A DNA stretch of 64,000 nt, taken from contig JBPCJE010000026.1 of assembly GCA_051005615.1 (NCBI GenBank), positions 25,454 through 89,453 of the forward strand. The letters run 5' to 3'. Shown piece by piece: positions 10,001 through 19,172 of the stretch (the stretch's first letter is position 1; every line of letters begins with the position of its first letter). This DNA comes from Aeromicrobium sp. (lineage in GTDB: Bacteria > Actinomycetota > Actinomycetes > Propionibacteriales > Nocardioidaceae). The translations under genes were made by a program, and so were the position numbers. A model generated the notes under the pieces. The model was not told the DNA's origin and ran no database searches. It was given only the letters and a program-made list of their open reading frames with translations.

Positions 10001-10437
10001 TCGCCGAGCAGGTTGATGTTGAGCCGGTCGCCGCCCTTGCGCAGACGGGCGATGGACTTGTCGAGCTTGGCCGGCCGCGCGTCGATGACCAGGTGCCCGA
10101 CGAGCCGTCGCAACGTGAGACGCGCCTGCCGCACCACGACGCCGGGCATGAGCACCGAGACCAGGGCGCCGACCTTGAGCAGGAGACGCTGCCGGTACGG
10201 CAGGAACTTCGGCGTCCGACGAGCCAGGGAGCGCAGGTTGCGTGCCGCCACGCGGGAGTCCTCTGGCCGGATCACGCGGTCGACGAAACCGACCGTGAAG
10301 TCGAGACCGTCGGGGTCCTTCAGAAGGTGCGCGAGTCGCTCGGCGGCGGGGTCGGAGCGCCGCGAGGAACCGCGGTCGGAGTCGATCCAGGCGCGGACGA
10401 GGTCGACGCTTCGCTCGGCGAGTGGGAGGTCGGTCAT
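7048..10437 (-). CDS. putA: bifunctional proline dehydrogenase / P5C dehydrogenase
   Basis: NLDMEEY, RVVKGANL and YLVRRLEEN (PRODH). PPWNFP, ETSGKN, AGQKCSA and EYFGP (ALDH). Confidence 0.93.
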   Translation of the reverse strand: MTDLPLAERSVDLVRAWIDSDRGSSRRSDPAAERLAHLLKDPDGLDFTVGFVDRVIRPEDSRVAARNLRSLARRTPKFLPYRQRLLLKVGALVSVLMPGVVVRQARLTLRRLVGHLVIDARPAKLDKSIARLRKGGDRLNINLLGEAVLGEREATRRRDRTAALLARDDVDYVSVKVSAVASQLSMWAFDDTVDRVVDRLQPLYAKAAANGSFINLDMEEYRDLDLTIAVFTKVLEEFPDLEAGIVLQAYLPDCLAAMQHVQEWATARRALGGAPIKVRVVKGANLAMERVDAAIHTWPLATWGTKQESDTNYKRVLDWAFTPERIDAVRIGVAGQNLFDIAYAWLLAGERSVRDGIEFEMLLGMDTGPMDAVRSEVGQLLLYTPVVHPDEFDVAISYLVRRLEENASSDNFMSAVFDLASSSEAFDREANRFLDSVKALDESVPEPFRSQDRSTDHVTLHTDGFKNTPDTDPSTDANRSWGRLTLARSTYTQLGLDTVEANRVHGPASLQTLIYQVREGGSAWAARGAEVRSWILHQAGAALASRRGDLVAVMAAETGKTIAEADVEVSEAIDFAHYYAEAALRLEVVDGARFEPANLTVVTPPWNFPVAIPAGSVLSALAAGSGVVIKPAPQSPRCAAVMVEALWRGSVPRDALRFVTVAEGPLSQALISHPAVDRVILTGGWDTAKLFRSWRPDLPLLAETSGKNAIVVTPSADLDLAVADLAKSAFGHAGQKCSAASLAILVGSVATSERFNRQLLDAASSLVVGYPHDPTTMMSPIIEPAHGKLLGALTTLQDGESWLLEPRRLDSSGRLWSPGIRTGVKPGSEFHTTEYFGPVLGIMHANDLDEAIRLQNATDFGLTAGLHSLDPDEVNTWIDRVEAGNLYVNRGITGAVVQRQPFGGWKRSSVGTTSKAGGPNYLTHLGTWHPRPLRSVPSGVTLSKRIETLLSTVEGSLGPAEVAGLRAAATSDHVAWTREFGVEKDVTSLGVERNVLRYRPVPVTIRCDGSLSELARVLLAAARAGSPVSVSSAVPLPNGLATDHVVETRGAWLGRMREKHPGRVRVIGSPGLDLARAVDGDPDVAIYAGPVTQSGRIELLPFLREQAISITNHRFGNPDRAFEAVLPRS

Positions 10438-10475
10438 GACACGCTCAAGGTTAGTGGTTGGCCAGTGCTGGCATG

Positions 10476-10547
10476 ACGAGTTGAAGACGTGGGAACCGCA
10501 TGACCTGCCGACGGCACCACTGTGACCCCACCCCTTCGAATGCTCGT
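10476..10547 (-). ncRNA. candidate structured RNA (putA leader or sRNA)
   Basis: Long irregular hairpin (ACGAG/CUCGU, GAAG/CUUC, GUGGG/CCCAC, UGCC/GGCA) starting 7 nt after a TAGTGT -10. No known family recognised. Confidence 0.35.
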
Positions 10548-10566
10548 GCCTGAACACTAACCGTTC

Positions 10567-10600
10567 CGTGGGCGTTCGGGCATGGGGCCGAGCGCCCACG
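10567..10600 (-). terminator. hairpin right after the mmpL stop
   Basis: cgtgggcgttcgg-N8-ccgagcgcccacg, 13-bp arms with one imperfect pair and no U-tract. Confidence 0.55.
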
Positions 10601-10602
10601 CG

Positions 10603-13600
10603 TCAGGTTTGCCGAGACGGCAGGAGGCGGGTCGGGATCAAACCCAGCCGGTCGCCTTCCGCTGATCGGCGGCCGGGCCACCAGAGCCGCGGTCCGAGCA
10701 TGGCTGCGCAGGCCGGCACGACCAGCGTGCGCACGATGAAGGTGTCGAGGAGCAGGCCCATGCCGACGGTGAAGCCCAGCTGAGCGAGGCTCGTGATGCT
10801 CCCGAACATCATGGCGAACATGCTCGCCGCGAAGATGAGACCGGCGGCGGTGATCACGCCGCCCGTGGCCGAGACGGCCCGGGCGATGCCGAGGGGCGAC
10901 CCGTCCGGGGCCTCCTCACGGACACGCTTCATCAGCAACATGTTGTAGTCCGCCCCGACCGCCACGAGCAGGACGAAGGCGTTGACCGGTACCCACCAGT
11001 CGAGCGGCTGGTCGAGCAGGACCTGCCAGACGAGGACACCCAGCCCGACCGCCGACGCGTACGACAGCACGACGGACGCCAGCAGAAGTCCGGCGACGAC
11101 GACCCCGCGGAGCATGAGCAGAAGAATGAGGAAGACGGTGGCCAGGGTCACTGCCGCCACCAGCGCGAAGTCGTCCAGCATGAACTTCTCGAGGTCACCG
11201 TTGAACGCCGCGATGCCGGCCGTGCTGACACCGCTGCCGGCGAGACGGGTACCTTGGAGGCCGTCCGCGGCCGCGCGCTCGACCTCGAGGCTCTGTGCGG
11301 ATCCGGCTCGTCCGAACGGATCGTTCTCACCGATCACGACCATGCGGGCGAATCGCCCGTCATCGGAGAGGAAGACGCCGGAGGTGGCCGCAAGCTTCGG
11401 GTCGTCGAACGCAGCCGGCGGTAGGTAGAAGCCTCCGACCGCCGGGTCCTTCGCGACCTTCGATGTCTCCTGCAGGTAGTCGGCGGCCTGCTCGAGGCCC
11501 TTCTGCAGCTCGGCCATCGAGGCGGTGACCTCCTGAGTGCTCTCGGCGACCTTGCTGCTGCCGTCGGCGACCTGTCCGGCTCCGTCGGCGAGCTCGCCGA
11601 GCTTCTGCAGCGCCAGCTTCTGGCCGGCGGCGAGCTCGTCGGCACCCTTCGCGGCCCGGTTCAGCCCGGCGTCGAGGCGGGCCAGGCCTTTGTCGAGCGC
11701 AACGGTGCCAGCCGCCATCTGACGCGCGGCCGCAGCCGCCTCGCGCAGACCGGGAAGGAGCTGGTCACGCTGGGCCACGTAGATCTGTCCGATGCCGTCG
11801 CGGGCCTGCTTGCAAGCGGGATCGAGGCCGCAGGTCGGGCTCGCCTGCAGGGCGGAGTGGGCGAGACCCAGGCCGTCCACGGCCTGCTTGGTCTGGCTTG
11901 CCGCCGTCCCCAGCCCGTCGGCGAGCAGACGGGCGCCGGTCCGCAGCTCCCGTGTGCCCTTGGAGGCGTCACCAGTTCCTTCCGACAACCGCCCGAGCCC
12001 CTCCCGGAGGTCGCGCATGCCGCCGAGAAGGCGTCCGGTCCCCTCGACCGCCTGGTCCGCCCCGGAGGCGACCTGCCCGGCACCAGAACTCACTCCGCCG
12101 GCGCCATCGGCCAGGCGTTGAGCGTCCTTCTCGCCCGTCTCGAGGTCGTTCTCCGCACCCGCCAGGCGGTCGCCGACCTCGCCGATCTGACGCCCTATGG
12201 ATGCCTCGGTGATGGGCTTGCCGGTCGGACGCGTGATGGATCGGACGGACTGGACCCCTTGCGTCCGGGCCACCGAGGCGGCGGACTGCTCGAGCGCGGC
12301 GAGGTCCTTGGCGTTGCGCATGTCGCGGTTCGCCGTGATCAGGACGAAGTCGCCGAGAACCTCGTTGCGGGGGTAGTGGTCCGCGATCATCGCGAAGCCC
12401 CGGTTGCTCTCGGTCGTGTCGGGTTGCACGGCGCGTTCGTCGAAGCTGCGTGTCAGCGCCGGATAGAAGGCCGCGAGCACGACGAGCGGCACGAGTCCGG
12501 CGAGCAGGACGCGGCCGGGCCTGCTGACCACCACGGTGGAGATGCGCTTCCAGGTGCCGCCGTCATTCGTCGCAGCCCGTGGATCGAGGAAACCTTTGCG
12601 GCCCAGGATCGTGATGAGGGCCGGCAACATGGTCATGCTGAGGGCCAACGTCCCGGCAACGCCCAGGGCGATGGCCGGGCCGGTCGTGCTGAAGAGGCCG
12701 ACGTCTGCCAAAGCCATGGATGCGTTGGCCAGGACGACGGTCAGCGCCGACCCCGCGATGACCACCCCGACCTTGGACGACGCGATCCCGATCGCCTCGT
12801 CGGAACCGTGACCTCCGCGGCGCTCCTCGTGGTACCGACTGATCAGGAAGATGGCGTAGTCGGTCGCAGCGCCGAGAACGACGGCGGTGAGGACGGACGC
12901 GGTGAAGGTCGACACATCCAGCCCCAGGGTGCCGGCCAGAGCGGCCAGGCCGCGAGCAGAAGCCAATGACATGCCGATGAAGCCGAGCACGACGGCCGTC
13001 ACGGCGATCGACCGGTAGAGAACGGTGAGAATGAGGGTGATCACGCCGATGATGACGATCGTGATGATGGCCAGGCTGGCCTCGGCCTCGGCCGACATGT
13101 CGGCGATGGTCGTCGGGTATCCGGTGACCGCCAGATCGAGTCCGTCGGGCGGGTTCTCGTGGACGAGGTCGCGGACCTCCTCGATCTGACGAATCGCCGC
13201 CGGCGCACCGGTGTCGCCCTCGATCCCGACCTGGAGATAGACGGCTTCACCGTCACGGCTGGTCAAGGACTCGTACAGCGTGCTGCTGGCCGCGACGTCC
13301 TGGATGGACGACACGAAGCGGTCGTCCTCGAGCCGAGGGACCAGACCCTTCACGTACCGGCGGTCGGCGTCGGTGAGACCGCCTTCTCGTTCGGCGACGA
13401 CGTAGAGGATGCTCTTGGTCCGGCCGTTCCCGAAGGCCTCGTCCATGGCCTCGAAGGTCTGGACGGCCTCGGCGTTCTCGGGGATGAAGGGCAACGAGCT
13501 GTCCGCGACGACGGCTTCGAGCTGGGGCACCGCGACATTGACGGCGCCCACGGCAAGCAGGCAGCCGACGAGAACCCAGCCCGCCCTGCGGATCGAGAGT

Positions 13601-13626
13601 TCGGCGATGCCCATGTCGGTCCCCAT
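10603..13626 (-). CDS. MmpL/RND family transporter with long coiled-coil insert
   Basis: Two MMPL halves (GAATDYAIFLISRY; AVGADYNMLL), heptad xxLAxGA repeats and CGLDPAC. Start is 13626 or 13614. Confidence 0.9.
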   Translation of the reverse strand: MGTDMGIAELSIRRAGWVLVGCLLAVGAVNVAVPQLEAVVADSSLPFIPENAEAVQTFEAMDEAFGNGRTKSILYVVAEREGGLTDADRRYVKGLVPRLEDDRFVSSIQDVAASSTLYESLTSRDGEAVYLQVGIEGDTGAPAAIRQIEEVRDLVHENPPDGLDLAVTGYPTTIADMSAEAEASLAIITIVIIGVITLILTVLYRSIAVTAVVLGFIGMSLASARGLAALAGTLGLDVSTFTASVLTAVVLGAATDYAIFLISRYHEERRGGHGSDEAIGIASSKVGVVIAGSALTVVLANASMALADVGLFSTTGPAIALGVAGTLALSMTMLPALITILGRKGFLDPRAATNDGGTWKRISTVVVSRPGRVLLAGLVPLVVLAAFYPALTRSFDERAVQPDTTESNRGFAMIADHYPRNEVLGDFVLITANRDMRNAKDLAALEQSAASVARTQGVQSVRSITRPTGKPITEASIGRQIGEVGDRLAGAENDLETGEKDAQRLADGAGGVSSGAGQVASGADQAVEGTGRLLGGMRDLREGLGRLSEGTGDASKGTRELRTGARLLADGLGTAASQTKQAVDGLGLAHSALQASPTCGLDPACKQARDGIGQIYVAQRDQLLPGLREAAAAARQMAAGTVALDKGLARLDAGLNRAAKGADELAAGQKLALQKLGELADGAGQVADGSSKVAESTQEVTASMAELQKGLEQAADYLQETSKVAKDPAVGGFYLPPAAFDDPKLAATSGVFLSDDGRFARMVVIGENDPFGRAGSAQSLEVERAAADGLQGTRLAGSGVSTAGIAAFNGDLEKFMLDDFALVAAVTLATVFLILLLMLRGVVVAGLLLASVVLSYASAVGLGVLVWQVLLDQPLDWWVPVNAFVLLVAVGADYNMLLMKRVREEAPDGSPLGIARAVSATGGVITAAGLIFAASMFAMMFGSITSLAQLGFTVGMGLLLDTFIVRTLVVPACAAMLGPRLWWPGRRSAEGDRLGLIPTRLLPSRQT

Positions 13627-13804
13627 CACGCACCGAGAGCCGTCTGGTGACGACTCCGTACCGTCCACGCTAGGGAGCCGCGGACGTCGAGACATCGCGC
13701 CGAGGTAGGTACGACGGCTCCGACCGCAGTATGAGCCGGTGTCCTCCCCAGGTGTGATGAGCCAGGTCACAGTGTGTCCAACGTCGCGTGAGACGATGAA
13801 TCCC

Positions 13805-14845
13805 ATGGACGTTCGCCCGTTCGATGCGCTGCTGCTCGTGTCGTTCGGAGGGCCGGAGCACCCGGACGACGTCATTCCATTCCTGGAAAACGTCACCGCC
13901 GGACGGGGCATCCCCCGGGAACGGCTCGAGCAGGTGGGCGAGCACTACCACCTCTTCGGGGGGAGATCCCCGATCAACGAGCTCAACCGCGAGCTCGTCG
14001 ACTCGATCCGCAAGGACTTCGCCGAGAGCGCCGTCGACCTGCCGGTGTACTGGGGCAACCGCAACTGGGACCCGTATCTCCGCGACACGATGCGGCAGAT
14101 GTCCGACGACGGCGTCACCAATGCGGCCTATTTCCTCACCAGCGCCTACTCGTCGTACTCGGGATGCCGTCAGTATCGCGAGGACCTCTTCGACGCCCGG
14201 TCAGGCTTCGACGTCGAGCTGACGCGACTGCGGCTGTACTTCAACCATCCGGGCTTCGTGACGCCCTTCGTGGAGGCCACTGCTGCCGAGCTCGCCAGCG
14301 CGCCCCCCGGAACCCACGTCGTCTTCGTCACCCACTCGATCCCCGAGGCCATGGATGCGGCCAGCGGTGGACCTGGTCGGCATGCGTACCACCGCCAGCA
14401 CGAGGAGGTCGGGTCACTGGTCGCCGACGCGGCCGGTGCCACCCGCTGGAGCCTGGCGTTCTGCTCGCGGTCCGGGTCGCCCCACGTGCGGTGGCTGGAG
14501 CCCGACGTCAACGACCACCTTCGCCACCTCGCCGCCCAAGGCGTCGAGTCGGTGGTCGTGGTGCCGATCGGCTTCGTCTCCGACCACATGGAGGTCATCT
14601 ACGACCTCGACACCGAGGCCGCGGCCACGGCGAAGGAGCTCGGCCTGCGGTACGAGCGGGCCGACACTGCGGGAGAGCACGAGGCCTTCGTCGCGATGGT
14701 GCGAAACCTGGTCCTCGAACGGGCTGCCGCGGTGCGCGGCGAGGACCCGGAGCGCGCAACCGTCGGCAACATCGCGCCCAACCCGGACATCTGCCCGGCC
14801 GACTGCTGCGCGAACCTCCGCTCACCGCTGCCGACGGTTCCGTGA
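13805..14845 (+). CDS. hemH: ferrochelatase (coproporphyrin ferrochelatase type)
   Basis: LLVSFGGPE, GGRSPIN, YWGNRNW, WLEPDV and PIGFVSDHMEV motifs. Confidence 0.93.
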   Translation: MDVRPFDALLLVSFGGPEHPDDVIPFLENVTAGRGIPRERLEQVGEHYHLFGGRSPINELNRELVDSIRKDFAESAVDLPVYWGNRNWDPYLRDTMRQMSDDGVTNAAYFLTSAYSSYSGCRQYREDLFDARSGFDVELTRLRLYFNHPGFVTPFVEATAAELASAPPGTHVVFVTHSIPEAMDAASGGPGRHAYHRQHEEVGSLVADAAGATRWSLAFCSRSGSPHVRWLEPDVNDHLRHLAAQGVESVVVVPIGFVSDHMEVIYDLDTEAAATAKELGLRYERADTAGEHEAFVAMVRNLVLERAAAVRGEDPERATVGNIAPNPDICPADCCANLRSPLPTVP

Positions 14846-15633
14846 GCGAACAGCTCCTTGCCCTGGCACGGGAGGTCGGGCTCGAGGCGGCTGGGTTCGT
14901 GGCCACGAGCCGACCGGAGGGGCGCGTCGACGTCGCCACCACCAAGTCGAGCCCCACCGACGCCGTCACCGAGATCGACCGCGCGTGCGAAGCCCTGATC
15001 CGCGACCGCATTCTCGCGCGTCGACCGGACGACGGTTTCGTCGGCGAGGAGGGCGACGACCACGTCGGCACCAGTGGCGTGGAGTGGATCGTGGATCCGA
15101 TCGACGGCACGGTCAACTTCGTCTACGGGATCCCGTGCTACGCCGTCTCGATCGCTGCGGCGGTCGGAGGTGAGGTCGAGGCCGGCTTCGTGGTCAACGT
15201 CGCCTCGGGTGAGGAATGGGCTGCCGTCCGCGGCGTCGCCGCCTGGCGCCTCGACGGACCAGATCGACACCTGCTGACGGCGCCCGCGCCGCCGGTGCTC
15301 GCCCACGCGCTCGTCGGCACCGGCTTCCACTACGTTCCCGCGGTCCGCACGAGGCAGGCGGCAGCGGTGGCGCGGCTGCTCCCGCAGGTGCGCGACATCC
15401 GTCGCACCGGGTCGGCCGCGCTCAACCTCTGTGAGCTCGCGGCAGGGCGCCTCGACGCGTTCGTCGAACAGGGTCTGATGCCGTGGGACCGGGCGGCCGG
15501 AGGCCTCATCGCGACGGAGTCCGGTCTGGTCGTCGCCGGGTTGGACGGTGAGCCTGACGAGCGCCTCGTCATGGCCGCCCACCCCGCGATCGCCGAGGAA
15601 TACTTCGCCCTCGTTCGTGCTTGTGGGTTCTGA
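14842..15633 (+). CDS. suhB: inositol monophosphatase family protein
   Basis: GEEG, WIVDPIDGTVNF, RRTGSAAL and PWD motifs. GTG overlaps the hemH stop. Confidence 0.88.
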   Translation: MSEQLLALAREVGLEAAGFVATSRPEGRVDVATTKSSPTDAVTEIDRACEALIRDRILARRPDDGFVGEEGDDHVGTSGVEWIVDPIDGTVNFVYGIPCYAVSIAAAVGGEVEAGFVVNVASGEEWAAVRGVAAWRLDGPDRHLLTAPAPPVLAHALVGTGFHYVPAVRTRQAAAVARLLPQVRDIRRTGSAALNLCELAAGRLDAFVEQGLMPWDRAAGGLIATESGLVVAGLDGEPDERLVMAAHPAIAEEYFALVRACGF

Positions 15634-15753
15634 GCGAAGCGTGCGTGTGCACCGGGTGAGACACATTCGACCCCGTGTGGGTCAGGCGCTTGACACCGTG
15701 TGGAACAATCGCGCCGGTTGATCCGCACACGGCATCACAGCAGGGGAGGGTTC

Positions 15754-16053
15754 ATGGCTACCGACTACGACGCACCTCGCAAGACCGAGGACGAGCAGTC
15801 CGAGGACAGCATCGAGGAGCTCAAGGCGCGTCGCCACGAGAAGAGCTCGGGCAAGGTCGACGAGGACGAGACCGAGGCCGCCGAGAACTTCGAGCTGCCC
15901 GGTGCCGACCTCTCGCACGAGGAGCTCGCCGTCCAGGTCGTGCCCAAGAAGTCCGACGAGTTCACCTGCGCCTCATGCTTCCTGGTGCATCACCGCAGCC
16001 AGCTGGCCTCCGAGAAGAAAGGCGTGCTCATCTGCCGCGACTGCGCAGGTTGA
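15754..16053 (+). CDS. DUF4193 domain protein
   Basis: MATDYDAPRK..ELPGADLS..EFTCxxCFLVHHRSQL..CRDC, with RBS GGAGG. Confidence 0.9.
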   Translation: MATDYDAPRKTEDEQSEDSIEELKARRHEKSSGKVDEDETEAAENFELPGADLSHEELAVQVVPKKSDEFTCASCFLVHHRSQLASEKKGVLICRDCAG

Positions 16054-16054
16054 G

Positions 16055-16438
16055 CTACTTCTTCCTCTTGTGCGCCTTCTTGACCGGAGCCGGCTCCTCA
16101 GGGGTCGGCTCGATCGGTTTGAGCGACTTCATGCCTGGGGGCAGGTCACCGGTCGAGCGCAGCCAGTAGGTCGCCGCGCTGCGGTGGACGAGCGCCTTGG
16201 TGAGCTCGACGATCGCACCACCGATCACCGCCCACGCCACGACCTCGCGGACATCGGTGTCGGGATGGTTGGTGTCCGAAGGCGGCTTGCGCCTCGTGGC
16301 GGTCTGCCATGTCAGTGCCGAGACCTTGCGGGCCAGCAGGCCTGCGCCGATCGTGGCGCCACGATCCATCAGCTTCCACGCGCGCTTGCCGCCGGGAACG
16401 CCCTTCGGCGACTTGACCGGCTCAGACTTCTTCGCCAC
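16055..16438 (-). CDS. DUF4235 domain membrane protein
   Basis: [17 protein letters not shown] pattern, RBS GAGAGG before GTG. Confidence 0.75.
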   Translation of the reverse strand: MAKKSEPVKSPKGVPGGKRAWKLMDRGATIGAGLLARKVSALTWQTATRRKPPSDTNHPDTDVREVVAWAVIGGAIVELTKALVHRSAATYWLRSTGDLPPGMKSLKPIEPTPEEPAPVKKAHKRKK

Positions 16439-16931
16439 CGTGCACCTCTCCGTTCGCTCTGGCCGACCTGTCATTCTGCTGCCCTGCGTCGCCAGTCTGT
16501 CGCAGTGCTGCGACCACTGCCTCCGGACGGCGACTCGAGACGAGCCAGTACGGAGTCGGGTCGGACGGATCGGCGATCTCGACGGCGACGCCGGAGTCGA
16601 TGTAGGGCCGCGTGCGCAGCCAGGCCCGTGCGTCCGCCCGTGGGCCGAGCCGTTCACGAAAGCCTCGTGGGTCGAGGGCCACGACCTCGCCGATGTCGCC
16701 GGGGGAGAGGTGGGCCGAGCCGACCCGAAGTCCCTCGCGGCCGGCCACGATGCGCAGCGAGCCGTACCCCCAGACCAAGGCGCCGGCCAGCACCGTCGCG
16801 ACGACCGCGGCGCCGATCGCGATGGCCACGTTCGCCGCAACCAGCATGATCCAGCCCCACACCAGGCCGAACGCGATGACGACGACCCACCACGAGAGCG
16901 GGGCCGTCAGTCGCTCGCGGTATGGGGTCAC
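16422..16931 (-). CDS. DUF3093 domain membrane protein
   Basis: [24 protein letters not shown] and conserved position divergent from dut. Confidence 0.85.
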   Translation of the reverse strand: MTPYRERLTAPLSWWVVVIAFGLVWGWIMLVAANVAIAIGAAVVATVLAGALVWGYGSLRIVAGREGLRVGSAHLSPGDIGEVVALDPRGFRERLGPRADARAWLRTRPYIDSGVAVEIADPSDPTPYWLVSSRRPEAVVAALRQTGDAGQQNDRSARANGEVHGGEEV

Positions 16932-16985
16932 GGCCCCAGCCTGCCCCATCACGACACCCCGGATGACGCGGGTAGTGTCGCGAGC

Positions 16986-17459
16986 ATGGTCGAGGTGAGC
17001 ATCACGCGTCTGGACGACGCCCTGCCCCTGCCCGCGTACGCCCGGCCCGGAGACGCGGGCGCGGACCTTCTCACGACGGTCGACGTCACCTTGGCGCCGG
17101 GGCAACGTGCGCTCGTCCCCACGGGCATCGCGATCGCCCTGCCAGAGGGATATGCGGCTTTCGTCCACCCGCGTTCCGGACTTGCGCTGAAGCACGGCCT
17201 GTCGGTCGTCAACACGCCGGGCACGATCGACGCCGGCTACCGGGGTGAGATCGCCGTGCTGCTCGTCAACCACGACCTCCACGAGTCGATCTCGATCTCG
17301 CGGGGCGACCGCATCGCGCAGCTCGTCGTGCAGCGGGTCGAGCAGGCGGCGTTCGTCGAGGTCGACCTGCTGCCGCCTTCCGAGCGGGGCGACGGCGGCT
17401 ACGGGTCCACCGGCGGCCACGCTGCGGGCGAGCTGACCAAGGTCAACGAGGGGGCATGA
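16986..17459 (+). CDS. dut: dUTP diphosphatase
   Basis: [29 protein letters not shown] and [10 protein letters not shown] motifs. Confidence 0.97.
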   Translation: MVEVSITRLDDALPLPAYARPGDAGADLLTTVDVTLAPGQRALVPTGIAIALPEGYAAFVHPRSGLALKHGLSVVNTPGTIDAGYRGEIAVLLVNHDLHESISISRGDRIAQLVVQRVEQAAFVEVDLLPPSERGDGGYGSTGGHAAGELTKVNEGA

Positions 17460-18106
17460 TGCGCATCGGCCGCAAGCAGCAAGTCCCGGATGGCGATGAG
17501 CCGGTTGACGGGGGCCCGATCGAGCCGGCACACGTCGACGTGCGCGCCGACGGTCCGTGGGACGCGTCCGAGAAGGACGTCGGCGACGACTCCGCCTACC
17601 TCGACTTCGGCTCCCTGTTGATCCGCGGCCGGCCGGGCTTCAACCTGCAGATGCCCACCGACGACGACCAAGGCACGATCGGCTCGGTCGTGCTGGTCAC
17701 CGAGGAGTCCGGTCTCGAGCTGCGCGCGTTTGCCGCTGCCCGCTCAGGCGGACTGTGGGACGACGTCCGCGCCGACCTCGAGGAGGAGGCCGAACGACTG
17801 GGCGGACAGTTCGATCGGATCGAGGGACCGTTCGGCACGGAGCTGCACATCCGGGTCCCCGTGACCCTGCCCGACGGCGAGGACGGCTTCCAGCCCAGTC
17901 GCATCGTCGGCGTCGAGGGCCCGCGCTGGATGCTCCGCGCGACGTTCCTCGGTCGCGAGGCGGTCGAGCCGGGCGACGACGGCCTGCTGATGGCGGCCCT
18001 CCGTGACGTCGTGGTCGTGCGGGGCGACGAGCCGCGCGCGCCCCGAGACGCCCTCCTGCTGACGTTCGGCGAAGACCTCGACGTGGTCGAGGACTCCCCG
18101 GCATGA
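17456..18106 (+). CDS. DUF3710 domain protein
   Basis: [20 protein letters not shown] and [10 protein letters not shown] motifs, synteny with dut. Confidence 0.88.
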   Translation: MMRIGRKQQVPDGDEPVDGGPIEPAHVDVRADGPWDASEKDVGDDSAYLDFGSLLIRGRPGFNLQMPTDDDQGTIGSVVLVTEESGLELRAFAAARSGGLWDDVRADLEEEAERLGGQFDRIEGPFGTELHIRVPVTLPDGEDGFQPSRIVGVEGPRWMLRATFLGREAVEPGDDGLLMAALRDVVVVRGDEPRAPRDALLLTFGEDLDVVEDSPA

Positions 18107-18133
18107 CCCCCGATCCCGACCTACACTGAAGAC

Positions 18134-18487
18134 ATGTCCGGACTATTCAGCCGCACCCTGGAACGGCTCTCACCCGAGCACCAGGAAGTCGGCGAGCTCA
18201 AGGAGGACGCGGCCAAGGCGGGTTGTTCTCTCATCAAGGCACAGCCCGATCGGTGCGTCGCCACGGTGCACGGCACCTTGCGGTCGGTCACCCTCCGCCC
18301 GGTCGACGGGGTCACCGCCCTCGAGGCCGAGCTCTACGACGGTTCCGACACGGTCACCCTGATCTGGCTCGGTCGGCGAACGATCGAGGGCGTCGAGCCC
18401 GGACGCCGACTCACGGCTCACGGCCGCATCGGCCGCCGGCGCGAGGAGCGTGTGCTCTACAACCCGCGCTACGAGCTCGAGGCATGA
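18134..18487 (+). CDS. OB-fold nucleic acid-binding protein
   Basis: LEAELYDGS..LIWLGRR.I.G..PG..YNPRYEL. Confidence 0.85.
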   Translation: MSGLFSRTLERLSPEHQEVGELKEDAAKAGCSLIKAQPDRCVATVHGTLRSVTLRPVDGVTALEAELYDGSDTVTLIWLGRRTIEGVEPGRRLTAHGRIGRRREERVLYNPRYELEA

Positions 18488-19167
18488 CCTCTGGCTCTGC
18501 CGAGCCCGGAAGGGGTGACGGGCCCCGGGCTGCTCATGACACTGTCGAGCAGCTCGTCCGCACCAAGCTGTCCGAGGCCCTCGGTGGCCGGCGGGGCATC
18601 ATCGAGAGCGCCGTACCGACCGTGCTCTTCACGGTCATGTTCGTCAGCACGCACGAGCTGCGGCTGTCTCTCGTCGTCAGCATCGCGGCGACCGTCCTGC
18701 TGCTCGTCGCACGACTGGTGCAACGGAGCACGGTGCAGTTCGTGCTCAACGCCCTCATCGGCATCGGCATCGCGGCGCTCTTCGCCTCCCGGTCGGGTGA
18801 GGCGCGCGACGTCTTCCTGCCCGGCATCCTCTACAACGGCGCCTATGCGGCGGTGTTCGTGTTCTCGATCCTCATCGGCTGGCCGCTCGTCGGTTTCATG
18901 ATCGGGAGCATCACCGGCGACCCGACCGGATGGCACGACGACAAGACCGTCGTCCGGCTCTGCGCACAGCTCACCTGGTTGTTCGCGGCGCCGTGCATCC
19001 TGCGGGTCCTCGTGCAGTACCCGCTCTACGCGGGCGACCACATCGCTCTGCTCGGCACGGCCAAGGTCGTGCTCGGCTGGCCGCTGCAGATCGCCTCGTT
19101 CGCCGCGATGGCCTGGCTGCTGAGCCGCAACCGCACCCCGCTCGAGCCAGACGCCAGAACCGCCTAG
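18484..19167 (+). CDS. DUF3159 membrane protein
   Basis: LGGRRGIIESAVP, multiple TM helices, GWPL and synteny. Confidence 0.85.
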   Translation: MTSGSAEPGRGDGPRAAHDTVEQLVRTKLSEALGGRRGIIESAVPTVLFTVMFVSTHELRLSLVVSIAATVLLLVARLVQRSTVQFVLNALIGIGIAALFASRSGEARDVFLPGILYNGAYAAVFVFSILIGWPLVGFMIGSITGDPTGWHDDKTVVRLCAQLTWLFAAPCILRVLVQYPLYAGDHIALLGTAKVVLGWPLQIASFAAMAWLLSRNRTPLEPDARTA

Positions 19168-19172
19168 GCCTC

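Noticed and set aside
15690-15709. TTGACA plus AACAAT as a canonical promoter for DUF4193
   Set aside because: Only 8 nt separate the hexamers, which is not a -35/-10 geometry
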